Assembly: GCA_963700635.1 (NCBI GenBank)
Contig: CAVOYH010000001.1
Span: forward strand, 64,001-128,000
Reading direction: 5' to 3'
Source of the DNA: an uncultured Bacteroidota bacterium
Lineage (GTDB): Bacteria > Bacteroidota > Ignavibacteria > UBA10030 > UBA6906
DNA: 64,000 nt
Positions 19,128 to 29,500 of the stretch are shown here, piece by piece; position 1 is the first letter of the stretch; every line of letters starts with the position of its first letter. The notes below the pieces were generated by a model. The model had not been told where the DNA came from. It worked only from the letters and a program-made list of their open reading frames with translations, and did not search any database. The position numbers and the translations under genes are program-made.

Positions 19128-20197
19128 GGGCCGGGGTGACCACTGCGCGGTTGAACGTCCGCCTGCTTGTTCTGCTGGGCATCGCCGTCCTTTTCCTGTT
19201 GTTCGCGCGAAACATGCTCGTGCACCGCGTTGAACGTCCTGACAGGATGGAGATGCGTCAGGCGGAGATCCTTGCGGGCCGGTGGTTCGAGATCATTGAG
19301 GCACGGAAAGAAAAGGCGGGAATTGTCGGAGACGCAGGATCATCAATTCCTCATGCAGGCATGCTGGGTGCGGAGTGGTCTGAAGGCACGACGACACTTG
19401 GCTCGCTTGAAGCCAAACGCACTGCTGCCAACCCGCGCTTTGCGGCATTGATGGTTCGGCTCCTGCATGATGCCGGAGTGGATTCATCCTCCACGGTGGG
19501 TGTTCTTCTTTCTGGATCGTTTCCCACTCTGGCGATAGTTTCCCTTGCCGCCGTGCAGACCATCGGAGCCCGGGCTCTGGTTTTGAGTTCTCTGGGGGCC
19601 TCGTCTTACGGAGCGAATCAGCCCGGCGCGACGTGGCTGGATATGGAGAAATGGCTTGTGGAGGAAGGCGGACTCCGACGCAGTTCCGCGCTTCTGACGA
19701 TGGGTGCCGAGGGCGACAGCGGCGGCGGTTTGTCCGAAGAGGGAATCCGCATGTTTCACGCAGCCGCCGTCCGGAACGGTGTACCCCTGAGCGGTTTTTC
19801 GTCATTCGAAGAAGCCTTGCAGAAGAAGGAGGAGATGCTCCTCTCCGCCCGCATTCACGCACTGGTAAACGTCGGTGGAAACCAGACAAGTCTCGGAACA
19901 TGCCAGCATGCACCCACGCTGCCCACAGGCCTCTGCCTGCGTCGCTTGCACTGCACGGATCCCGGTCGGGGGTTGATCGAACGGTTTTCAGGACGTGGTG
20001 TTCCGTTTATTCATCTTCTCCATATCAGGAACATCGCATCCCGGTATGGTCTGCCCTTGTTGCCGGGAGCGCATGTACCCGGGTCTGAAAACGATGATAT
20101 GTCTGTGCGTTCGACGGTTCGCCGTGTTCCGGTAATGCTCTTGATCATCACGTTTATTGTGCTGCTTGTTGTGTCCCGCCCGTCTTCCCCCCGCTAA
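19121..20197 (+). CDS. pgsW: Poly-gamma-glutamate system protein (PgsW type)
   Basis: TTTLGSLEAKRTAANP, SGSFP, SSLGASSYGAN, NVGGN, PFIHLLHIRNIASRYGLP; N- and C-terminal TM helices; follows pgsC. Confidence 0.85.
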   Translation: MVRAGVTTARLNVRLLVLLGIAVLFLLFARNMLVHRVERPDRMEMRQAEILAGRWFEIIEARKEKAGIVGDAGSSIPHAGMLGAEWSEGTTTLGSLEAKRTAANPRFAALMVRLLHDAGVDSSSTVGVLLSGSFPTLAIVSLAAVQTIGARALVLSSLGASSYGANQPGATWLDMEKWLVEEGGLRRSSALLTMGAEGDSGGGLSEEGIRMFHAAAVRNGVPLSGFSSFEEALQKKEEMLLSARIHALVNVGGNQTSLGTCQHAPTLPTGLCLRRLHCTDPGRGLIERFSGRGVPFIHLLHIRNIASRYGLPLLPGAHVPGSENDDMSVRSTVRRVPVMLLIITFIVLLVVSRPSSPR

Positions 20198-20275
20198 CCG
20201 AATCCGATCCTTGCTTTTCGTGACGTGCGCACGTATATTCTTGCGCTCCGGGCGAGCTCAAATCAGCCGGGACTC

Positions 20276-21025
20276 ATGGACTTCAGGTACGCCATGCGAT
20301 GGAAATACTGTATTCCTGCGACCGCAGCAGATTCTGAAGAACGTACTGCCCTCGAAGACCTCTACCTGATACCCGAGGATGGGAGCAGCGGCGGCCAATC
20401 CTACTGGATAACGCTGGAAGGTCTGAATTCCTTCACGGGTGGCACGCGGGAGGAAAAGCTGATGCGTCTGGGCGACCATGAGTATGTTATCTCCGATACG
20501 CTGGACATGCTGGTCCGGAAAGATGATTTTAGCAGGGAAGAGCTGCTCGAGTGGACGAAGGTATTCATTGGCGTGCGGTTCGGAGACCAGCAACCGCTTC
20601 TCGTCGAGGCCGCCGGTGATGAAGTATCCCGCTGCCCATCCGTCATCAACGAAACTGAGCAACGCGCCCGGCGAACAGAGATGATCCGTCTTCTCTTTGT
20701 CCATCACAAGGCAGGCCCATCAACACCGGCCCCGGAAGACCTGCTGGCATCTGAACCCCGACTGAGTATCCGTACAGTGTGGCTTGAGGAACTCACCCTC
20801 AACGAGGTTCAGCCTGAGGTGTTTCATGAGGCCGATCTTGTGCTGGTGATGGAAAAGCGTATGCGCCAGATTATTCATAAAAGGCTCAAAGCTCTCGGGA
20901 TTTCGAAACGCGTGATCTGTCTCTATCTTCCCGAGCACCATGACCGGCAGGATCCCGACTTTGAAGCGTTGTTCAAGGAGCGTGTATTCGTTTATCTGGA
21001 AAAGCTAGGATGGAAAACCGGTTAG
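20276..21025 (+). CDS. Hypothetical protein with degenerate C-terminal low-molecular-weight phosphatase-like domain
   Basis: ADLVLVMEKR...KRVICLYLPEHHDRQDPDF resembles LMW-PTP-like proteins, but the P-loop reads LFVHHKAGPS with no C(X5)R. Confidence 0.55.
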   Translation: MDFRYAMRWKYCIPATAADSEERTALEDLYLIPEDGSSGGQSYWITLEGLNSFTGGTREEKLMRLGDHEYVISDTLDMLVRKDDFSREELLEWTKVFIGVRFGDQQPLLVEAAGDEVSRCPSVINETEQRARRTEMIRLLFVHHKAGPSTPAPEDLLASEPRLSIRTVWLEELTLNEVQPEVFHEADLVLVMEKRMRQIIHKRLKALGISKRVICLYLPEHHDRQDPDFEALFKERVFVYLEKLGWKTG

Positions 21026-21065
21026 TCTCTGATGTGCTGTTTCTCCGGCGAGATTCCTTCAGGAT

Positions 21066-21971
21066 GTGTTTGTGAACGAGTTTCCGTTGTTCGGGGAAGT
21101 TGCGGCGCTGCTGACCGCAGTGTGCTGGTCCGGAAGTGCGCTTGTTTTTTCGTCCGCGACGGCGCGTGTCGGGTCTGTGCTCGTCAACATCTCCCGCCTG
21201 ATTCTGGCTCTGGCCTACCTTGTTATTATCCTCATTGTGTTTGGCATCCCGGTTGACCTCTCCACCTCCCAGTGCCTTAATCTGGGCATAAGCGGGATCG
21301 TGGGTCTCGCAATCGGTGATTCCTTCCTGTTCCGTGCCTATATTCATATCGGTGCCCGCGTCAGCATGCTGGTGATGTCTATCGCCCCCGCGATCGCAGC
21401 CGTTTTCGCCTATGTCTTTCTGGATGAACGGCTCTCGGTGCTCGGTGTGAGCGGGATCAGCATCACAGTTCTCGGTGTTCTGCTTGTTGCGTATGAACGG
21501 ACTCCGGGCGGTGTTGCACACGGAAAAGAACTTCTGACCGGCCTCCTGTTTGCCGGGGTGGCTGCGGTAGGGCAGGGGGTCGGACTTATCTTCGCCAAAC
21601 TTGCCTTCAACGAGGGGCCAATACACGGATTTGTTGCGGCAACGGTGCGGATTGGACTTTCCCTGGTTGTGCTGCTCCCGCTGATGCTTGCTCTCGGCCG
21701 GTTTGCTCATCCTGTCCGGACGTTCCTCAGGGACCGCCGTGCATTCTGGTTCACCGCGGTGGGGTCTGTGCTCGGACCATTTCTGGGGATATCGCTGAGT
21801 CTTCTCGCCGTGGCGCATACCAAGGTGGGCATCGCCGCCACCTTGATGGCAACCGTTCCGATTATCATGCTCCCGCTCGTTTATTTCCTCTACAAGGAAC
21901 ATCTCTCGTGGAGAGCAATGGCCGGGGCAGGAATCGCCGTTGCCGGGGTAGCTATCCTGTTTCTTCACTAA
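21066..21971 (+). CDS. DMT (EamA) family transporter
   Basis: About 10 TM helices in two EamA-like halves; SGIVGLAIGD, FLDERLS, YKEHLSWRA. Confidence 0.88.
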   Translation: MFVNEFPLFGEVAALLTAVCWSGSALVFSSATARVGSVLVNISRLILALAYLVIILIVFGIPVDLSTSQCLNLGISGIVGLAIGDSFLFRAYIHIGARVSMLVMSIAPAIAAVFAYVFLDERLSVLGVSGISITVLGVLLVAYERTPGGVAHGKELLTGLLFAGVAAVGQGVGLIFAKLAFNEGPIHGFVAATVRIGLSLVVLLPLMLALGRFAHPVRTFLRDRRAFWFTAVGSVLGPFLGISLSLLAVAHTKVGIAATLMATVPIIMLPLVYFLYKEHLSWRAMAGAGIAVAGVAILFLH

Positions 21972-21991
21972 GAGAGAAACCGGAGTATTGT

Positions 21992-23128
21992 ATGCTGAGC
22001 GGAGCGAAACTTATTTGCAGGGCAACGGGTGAATCATACGATACTGATGACCCACGGTGGCGCTCTGACTCTGGCGGAGTGCTTTCGCTTGATTTCTCGC
22101 CGGTCATCGACACCGGATTATTTGCCGGGCGTCCATTCACTCCCTGGCGCTATCGTGAGGCCATCCCGCTTCCGGCGTCCGCAGCCCCGGTGAGTCTCGG
22201 AGAAAGCGTCTCACCGCTCGTGCGTGTTGATGTTGGTGGAAGGTCGATATTGATCAAACAGGACCACATCAATCCGACGGGATCCTATAAAGACCGCGGC
22301 GCTGCAGTGATGGTTAGCAAGATCCACCAGCTGGGCATCCGGCATGTTGTGGAAGACTCATCAGGCAATGCGGGATGTTCGGTTGCTGCCTACTGTGCGC
22401 GGTCAGGTATTCAATGTGACATTTTCGTGCCCGAGACCACCTCCACGTCAAAACTTCTGCAGCTGGAGTATTTTGGAGCACACGTTCACCGGATATCAGG
22501 GACACGGGAAGACACTGCCCGCGCCGCCCGGTCGGCCGCAGAGTCGTCCTACTATGCGAGTCATGTCTGGAACCCGTTTTTCTTTCACGGGACAAAACTT
22601 TTTGCCTATGAAGTTGCAGAGCAGCTTGGCTGGCACGCCCCCGACGTTGTAATCCTTCCGGTCGGCAACGGCACCCTGTTACTCGGGGCGTTCCTGGGGT
22701 TCAACGAACTACTCCAGGGTGGTGCTATCGCGAGCATGCCACGGATCGTTGGTGTGCAAGCCGCAGCATGTTCTCCGCTGGCCGGCATGTTTCGTGGTGG
22801 TAGCCAGGAATTTGTACCGGTGCGGGTTGGTCAGACAATAGCCGAGGGGATCGCAATTGCCAATCCTGTCCGGTGGGAGGAAATCCTCGCGGCGGTGCGC
22901 GACACACAGGGGGAGATTTTCAGTGTGTCGGATGAGTCAATCCGGTCTGCGCTTCTTGACATGGGGAGGAAGGGTTTCTATATAGAGCCCACTGCAGCCG
23001 CGGCTATTGCCGGTGTGTCACAGTATGTCGGGAGGGCGGGTGCAGAGGAGACGGTGGTCAGCGTTTTTTCCGGTAGCGGTCTTAAGGCAAGCCACGCAAT
23101 GGACATGATTCTCCACCCCGGGGGCTAG
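21992..23128 (+). CDS. thrC: Threonine synthase-like PLP fold-type II enzyme
   Basis: NPTGSYKDRG (PLP Lys), DSSGNAG, PVGNG, IEPTAA, SGSGLK. Confidence 0.75.
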   Translation: MLSGAKLICRATGESYDTDDPRWRSDSGGVLSLDFSPVIDTGLFAGRPFTPWRYREAIPLPASAAPVSLGESVSPLVRVDVGGRSILIKQDHINPTGSYKDRGAAVMVSKIHQLGIRHVVEDSSGNAGCSVAAYCARSGIQCDIFVPETTSTSKLLQLEYFGAHVHRISGTREDTARAARSAAESSYYASHVWNPFFFHGTKLFAYEVAEQLGWHAPDVVILPVGNGTLLLGAFLGFNELLQGGAIASMPRIVGVQAAACSPLAGMFRGGSQEFVPVRVGQTIAEGIAIANPVRWEEILAAVRDTQGEIFSVSDESIRSALLDMGRKGFYIEPTAAAAIAGVSQYVGRAGAEETVVSVFSGSGLKASHAMDMILHPGG

Positions 23129-23260
23129 AGAACACTTCCGCTCCACATTCCAATCAGGGGTTTGTGTCCCAGGACACAGACTCTTCAGCCAGGGGATGTA
23201 TATTACTGATTGGTATCAAATTTTGCATCCTACCCTCGTTTTTGCGTAATTATCACGTTC

Positions 23261-23289
23261 TTGACACGCAGGGGTAATCTTTGTATCTT
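23261..23289 (+). promoter_or_regulatory. Sigma70-type promoter for the giant surface protein
   Basis: TTGACA (23261-66), 17-nt spacer, TATCTT (23284-89) in AT-rich intergenic DNA about 210 nt before the ATG. Confidence 0.65.
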
Positions 23290-23501
23290 GACTTGAAATT
23301 TCCTCGATTTTCCTCGATTTTTCTATTGGCGCGATTCGCCATGGGACCGGGGGCATCTGTTTCTTCGATGCAAAGCCGCTGCTCGGGCATCATCCCGACC
23401 TCTGGTCCCCCTGCCTTTCCTCGTTACAGCGGAGGCATGAAACAACAGAGTTTTGGTTGGCGCACTGAACTGCGGGGTTTTGTTTCATCAGAGAGTCTGA
23501 T

Positions 23502-26500
23502 ATGAGAATGCAACTACATGCCGCTGCAACGCTCGCCATCATGTTCATCTTTGGCGCTACGGACGCGTACGCGCAGGCGACCAAATTCGTGATAACAGGT
23601 TCCGGGACGCAGATTGCCGGAGTGCCCCAGAACCTTACCATCAGGGCAGATAGTTCAGGACAACCCGCCACATCATATACAGGTGCCAGGAAGCTGATTT
23701 TCAGCGGAGCCACGGCCTCTCAGAATCCCGTTACGCAGCCAACTGTCAACGATTCGGGGGGGACTACAAGGAATTTCGGCGATACAACCGTCATCAGGTT
23801 CACAAACGGCCTCGCCACAGTCTCCGCCTCAAAGAACGGCGTGTTGAGGCTCTATAAGGCTGAGACGGCGACAGTCTCGGTCACAGACGGAACGATCTCT
23901 TCCCCCGTACCCGACCGGCTGACCGTCGTGGTTTCGGCGGCAGGGGTCGGGAAATTTGTCTGGTCCCTGACTTCGCCACAACTCAGCGGCGCTGCGTTTA
24001 CAGGCATCAATACGCTCACTGCCCAGGACAGTTGGGGGAATACCGTAACGGACTTCAGCGCGAATGCCAATAACGTCACCATCACAAATTCTCTCGGGGG
24101 CACGGTTACCGGACTCGGTACCGGCAACAACAATGTCCTGAACAAGACCCCGGATTTTTCAAGTGGTGTTGCCAACCTCACAAGTCTCGGGATGATCTAT
24201 TCAGGTTCCCCCGGATCTGTTACGTTCACGGCGACATCTGCAGGACCGGTTGCCACCGGGATCTCCTCTCCGGTGACCATCTCTTCCGGAACTCCCCAAA
24301 AACTTGTTATCACCGGGCAGGGGACGCAGGTCGCCGGGAAAGCACAGAATCTCACGATTACTGCGAGGGACGGCAGTAACAATGTTGCGTCATCATATGC
24401 GGGCGTTAAGTCTATCACATTTTCCGGAGCGCAGGCTTCCCCGGACGGGGATCAGCCTTCGGTCACTAGCAACACCGGTACACCGGTTAACTTCGGAACA
24501 GCTACAAATATTTCGTTTGTTGCTGGTATTGCACAGGTCTCCGGCAGCAACAACGGGGCGATGAGACTCTACACAGCCGAGACCGCCACCATTGCGGCAA
24601 CGGATGGCACGATCTCTTCATCGGGGGCGGACCGGCTGACTGTTGCCGTTTCTCCGGACTCGCTGGGAAAATTTGTGTTCATTGTTTCTCCATCCCAGAC
24701 TAATAATGTTCCCTTTGTCGGGGCCGACACACTTATCGCACAGGATGAGTGGGGGAACATCGTTCCGAGTTTTGATGCGTCGCAGAATCCCGTGATCATC
24801 AGCCCCATCGGTCTTATCGGCCGGATATCGGTGGGCGTCGGCAGAGATAGTATACTCAACCAGGTAGGGGACTTTTCTTCGGGTAAAGCCATCCTTTCCG
24901 GCAAATTGAAGTACACCGGGCTCATCGGGACGGGTCAGTTTAAGGCAACCTCTCAGCCATCGGGGCAAGCGGGAACTTCTGGCACTGTCACTATCGTGGC
25001 AGGAGAAGCCAGGCGGCTGGTGCTCGGCGGAACCGGTTCCGTGGGAGCCGGCGTGGCGAATGCTCTCACGATCACCGCAAGGGATACTTCAGGCAACGTC
25101 GCGACAGGCTACACGGGCACAAAAACACTCGGTTTTAGCGGGGCAAACCTCTCGCCGGACGGTGATGCCCCGTCGGTGACTGATTATCAGGGAACCGAGA
25201 AAGTTTTTTCCTGGACACCGAGGAACACAGACATTACATTCTCAAGCGGTGTCGCCACGGTTATCACAGGCGGCAAGAATGGAGTGATGCGTCTGCGCAA
25301 AGTGGAAGTCGCATCAATTGCCGTGAGTGATGGTAGTATTGGTACGCTGCCTGGCAGCGAGCTCAGCGTTTCCGTGTCGCCGGCCGGACTCAGGCGATTC
25401 TCGGTCATCCTGACTTCCCCGCAGACAAACGGCGTTACGTTCACCGGTGTGAACACTGTCACAGCCATCGACAGCTTTGGTAATATTGCGACCGGTTTTA
25501 ATCCCATCTCGAACAATGTCACCATGACGGCCCCCGGATTGGGAGGCACACTTTCGGGGCTTGGCTCCGGCGGCACCAATGTGCTGAACCAGGCTTCAGA
25601 TTTTGTCAGCGGTATCGCGAGCGTAAGTGGAAAACTTAAGTACACCGGGATCACCGGCAGCAGCGTGTTCACGGCCACATCTCAGTCGGGCAGAACCGGA
25701 TCAACAGCCGGCAGCATCGTTATCAATGTTGGTGAGGCCAAGCGTCTTGTTGTTACCGGAAGTGCGACGCAGCCCGCAGGTTCCGGCCGGAACCTCACCA
25801 TCACGGCAAAGGACAGCTCCGGAAACACTATCACCACCTACGCCGGAGATAAGTCTCTGGTCTTCAGTGGATCAGGGCCTTCAGCAAATCCCCCCACAAG
25901 CCCGACCGTGACGAACGCGGCCGGCGCCCAGGTGCCTTTCGGATTGTCAACGACCATCACATTTTCCGCGGGTATAGCGCAGGTCAGCGGGAGCGCCAAC
26001 GGTCTGATGCGCCTGTATCGGTCGGGAACTGACACCATCGCGGTGTCGGACGGTCTTATCGGCTCCGGTGCGGGAGACCGTCTCATCGTGACCGTTTCTG
26101 CCGATGCACTCGCAAAATTTGTAGTCAGCTTCACCTCCCCTCAACAAAGCGGGATTGCATTCACGGGGGACAATACGATTGTTGCGCAGGACAGTTTTGG
26201 CAACACCAAGACAGACTTTGACGCGTCATCAGACAACGTCACCGTCAGTGCCAACGCGCTCGGCGGTGTCGTCAGTGGCCTGGGTTCCGCAGCGAACAAT
26301 GTGCTGAATCAGTTCTCTGATTTTGTAGCAGGGACGGCAAATCTGACGGGCAAGCTGAAGTACACGAGTCAGGTGGGGACGACGACGTTCACAGCCGTTA
26401 ATTCCACAAGCAAAGCCGGAACCTCGGGTAACGTCCAGATTGTGGCGGGGGGTGCGACCCGTCTTGTTATCGCCGGCACGCCGACCATGACCGCAGGCGG

Positions 26501-29500
26501 GGTGCAGAGTCTTACGATTACGGCACGCGACGGTTCAGGAAACACCGTGACCTCGTATGCCGGGAACAAATCTCTCATTTTTTCGGGTGCGGACTCATCC
26601 ATCACGCCGGCTCTCCCGCCCACTGTTACCAATAGCTCCGGCGCGGCAACTGCCTTCGGCGCCGCGACGGCGATCACCTTTACCGCTGGAATCGCCACGG
26701 TATCAGGCAGCACTAACGGGGTGATGCGGCTGTTGCGCGCGCAAACTGCCATCATCTCCGTTTCGGACGGTACCATCAGTTCCAGCGGAAGTGACAGGCT
26801 CACCGTGGCCGTTTCACCGGCCGCTCTCGGCATGTTTGCCTGGACCATCACTTCTCCGCAGACCAACGGCGTGGCGTTTACAGGAACAAACACGCTTACT
26901 GCACAGGACGATTGGGGCAACACGCGAACGACATTTGATGCCTCCACCACGAACGTGACCATCACGACCACCCTGTCGGGCACGATCAGCGGTCTTGGTA
27001 GCGGTGGAATCAACGTACTCAACCGGAGCAATGACTTTGTTGCGGGGGTCGCAAACCTTACATCCCTCGGCATAAAATACACCGGCGCCATCGGAAGCGG
27101 CACCCTCACCGCCAACGGGGGAGGAAAAAGCGGAATCTCCGGCACACTGCAGATCGTTGCGGGTGGGGCGACGCGACTCGTCGTGCGAACGGTATCCAAT
27201 GACTCCATGACGACTCTCCTTGCCGGGGAAATACGGAATCTGTCGATTACAGCCAGGGACGGTTCAGGAAACATTGTGGTTTCGTACTCCGGGATGAAGC
27301 AGTTGACGTTTTCTGGAGCGGATTCCTCATCGAACCCCGCAACTGCCCCCACCGTCACCAACAGCAGCGGCACGGCCATCGGATTTGGCACACTCACGTC
27401 TCTGACGTTTACAAACGGGGTTGCCCAGGTGAGCGGGAACAGCAACGGAGTCCTGAGTCTGTACCGCGCACAGACGGCAACCATAGCCGTGACCGACGGG
27501 GCAATCAGCTCATCCGGTACGGACCGGCTTACCGCGACTGTTTCCCCGGGCCCACTTGCCAAGTTTAGCTGGGTGCTCTCGACGCCCCAGGTGAACGGTG
27601 TAGCGTTCACCGGAATCAACACATTAACCGCACAGGATGCGTGGGGGAACGCGGTATCGTCATTTGACGCCTCTGTGAGTAATGTGACTCTGAGTTCGTC
27701 ACTTGGCGGCACGATCACCGGACTTGGCACGGGAAATAGTGCAGTGATGAATCGGGCCACCGACTTTGCGGGCGGTATCGCGAACCTGACCGCGCTCGGA
27801 ATGAAGTACACAGGTCCGTTTGGCAATGGAACGTTCACCGCCACAGCGTCCGGGAAGGCAGGCACATCATCAACTGTGGCAATTGTTGCCGGGACGGCGT
27901 CACGTCTTGTGATTACCGGCTCTGCAACCCAGACCGCGGGGGCGGGACAGAATCTGACCATTACGGCCCGGGATACATCGGACAACCCGGTGGCAACATA
28001 CACAGGCACGAAGACCCTGACTTTTTCCGGAGCAAATCCCTCCACGAATCCGCTTACACAACCCTCCGTGACGAATTCCTCGGGGGTCGCCGTTTCTTTC
28101 GGTGCCTCAACCATGATAACATTCACCAATGGTGTTGCCACTGTAAGCGCAGGGCAAAATGGGCAGATGCGGCTGTACAAGGTGGAGAGTGCACTCATCA
28201 GCGTGACCGATGGAACGATCAGTTCCACGGGGACTGACCGGTTAAGCGTCACCGTGTCTCCGGGACTACTCGGGCAGTTTGCCTGGACATTAACCTCTCC
28301 TCAGGTGAATGGCGTGAACTTCACCGGGACGAATACTCTTGTTGCGCAGGACAACTGGGGGAACGCCGTTCCGACGTTCGATGCGTCAACGAACAACGTT
28401 TCCATCACGACTGTCCTTCCCGGTTCACCGGGTGCGATTACCGGCCTGGGAACCCTCGGCAATAATGTCCTGAACAGGGCAACCGACTTTGTGTCCGGTC
28501 TGGCAAACCTTACAGCGCTGGGATTACGCTACACCGGATCGGCGGGAACAGGAACCTTTACCGCAACGTCTGCGACTGGCTCGAAGACAGGCGTTTCTCC
28601 AGCCATCACGATCGACAACCCCGCTCCAACAATTGCCACAGTCACGCCGGGCGAGGCAAATCGCTCGCAGACTATCATGGTGGCGATCACCGGCACAAAT
28701 TTCAGATCCGGAGTAACCACCGTAAGCTTCGGATCAAATGTGACGATCGATACAATTGTTGTGTTGTCCCCGACGCAGATGTCCGTCACTGTCTCGATAG
28801 GGGCTGCTGCCGCACTGGGCCAGCGGAGTGTGAGTGTCACCAATCCCACCCCCGGTGGAGGAACAGCAACACTTCCACTCGCATTCCGGGTGAAAAATAT
28901 TCCCACACTCATCAGTCTGTCTCCCTCAATCGGCATCCGAGGCCAGACGTACGGGGTGTTGATCACCGGGACAAATTTTGCTGAAGGGGTAAGTTCGGTC
29001 GGCATACTTGGATCAAATATCACGCTCAACTCCGATACGGTGCTCAATCCGTCCACCATTCTGGCGAACATCACCATCGGCGGTACGGCGGTGGACGGGG
29101 TCCGCCAGTTCACCGTGACAAACGGTGGGCCGGAGGGGGGGACCTCGAACGGCGTGGGGTTCACGGTCGGTAACAATCCTGTCCCTACACTCACAAGCAT
29201 AACCCCTGACACGGCAACGCGCCTCCAATCGCTCGAGTTAACGATCAAGGGCACCAATTTTTACCAGGGGATCTCATCGGTTAGTCTGGGCAGCGGCATC
29301 ACCGTCCTCAATACCGTCATTGACAGTGCCAAGCAGATCCGTCTGAATGTGACAGTGACTGACACTGCAGCGACCGGGCCGAGTGCGGTCAGCGTGATTA
29401 ACGCCGGACCGGGAGGCGGGACTGCGACTCTGACGAACGGGTTCAACGTGACCAACCCTGTCCCAACGCTTTCGGGGATTTCGGTACAAAACGGTTCACG

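Noticed and set aside
21066-23128. DMT transporter and thrC-like gene as part of the PGA system
   Set aside because: Common genes with no specific link to glutamate polymers; co-orientation alone is insufficient.
26369-28252. 627-aa minus-strand ORF and other long antisense ORFs within the giant gene
   Set aside because: Shadow frames of Thr/Gly/Ser-rich repetitive coding DNA; the V/P/A-rich translation has no motifs.
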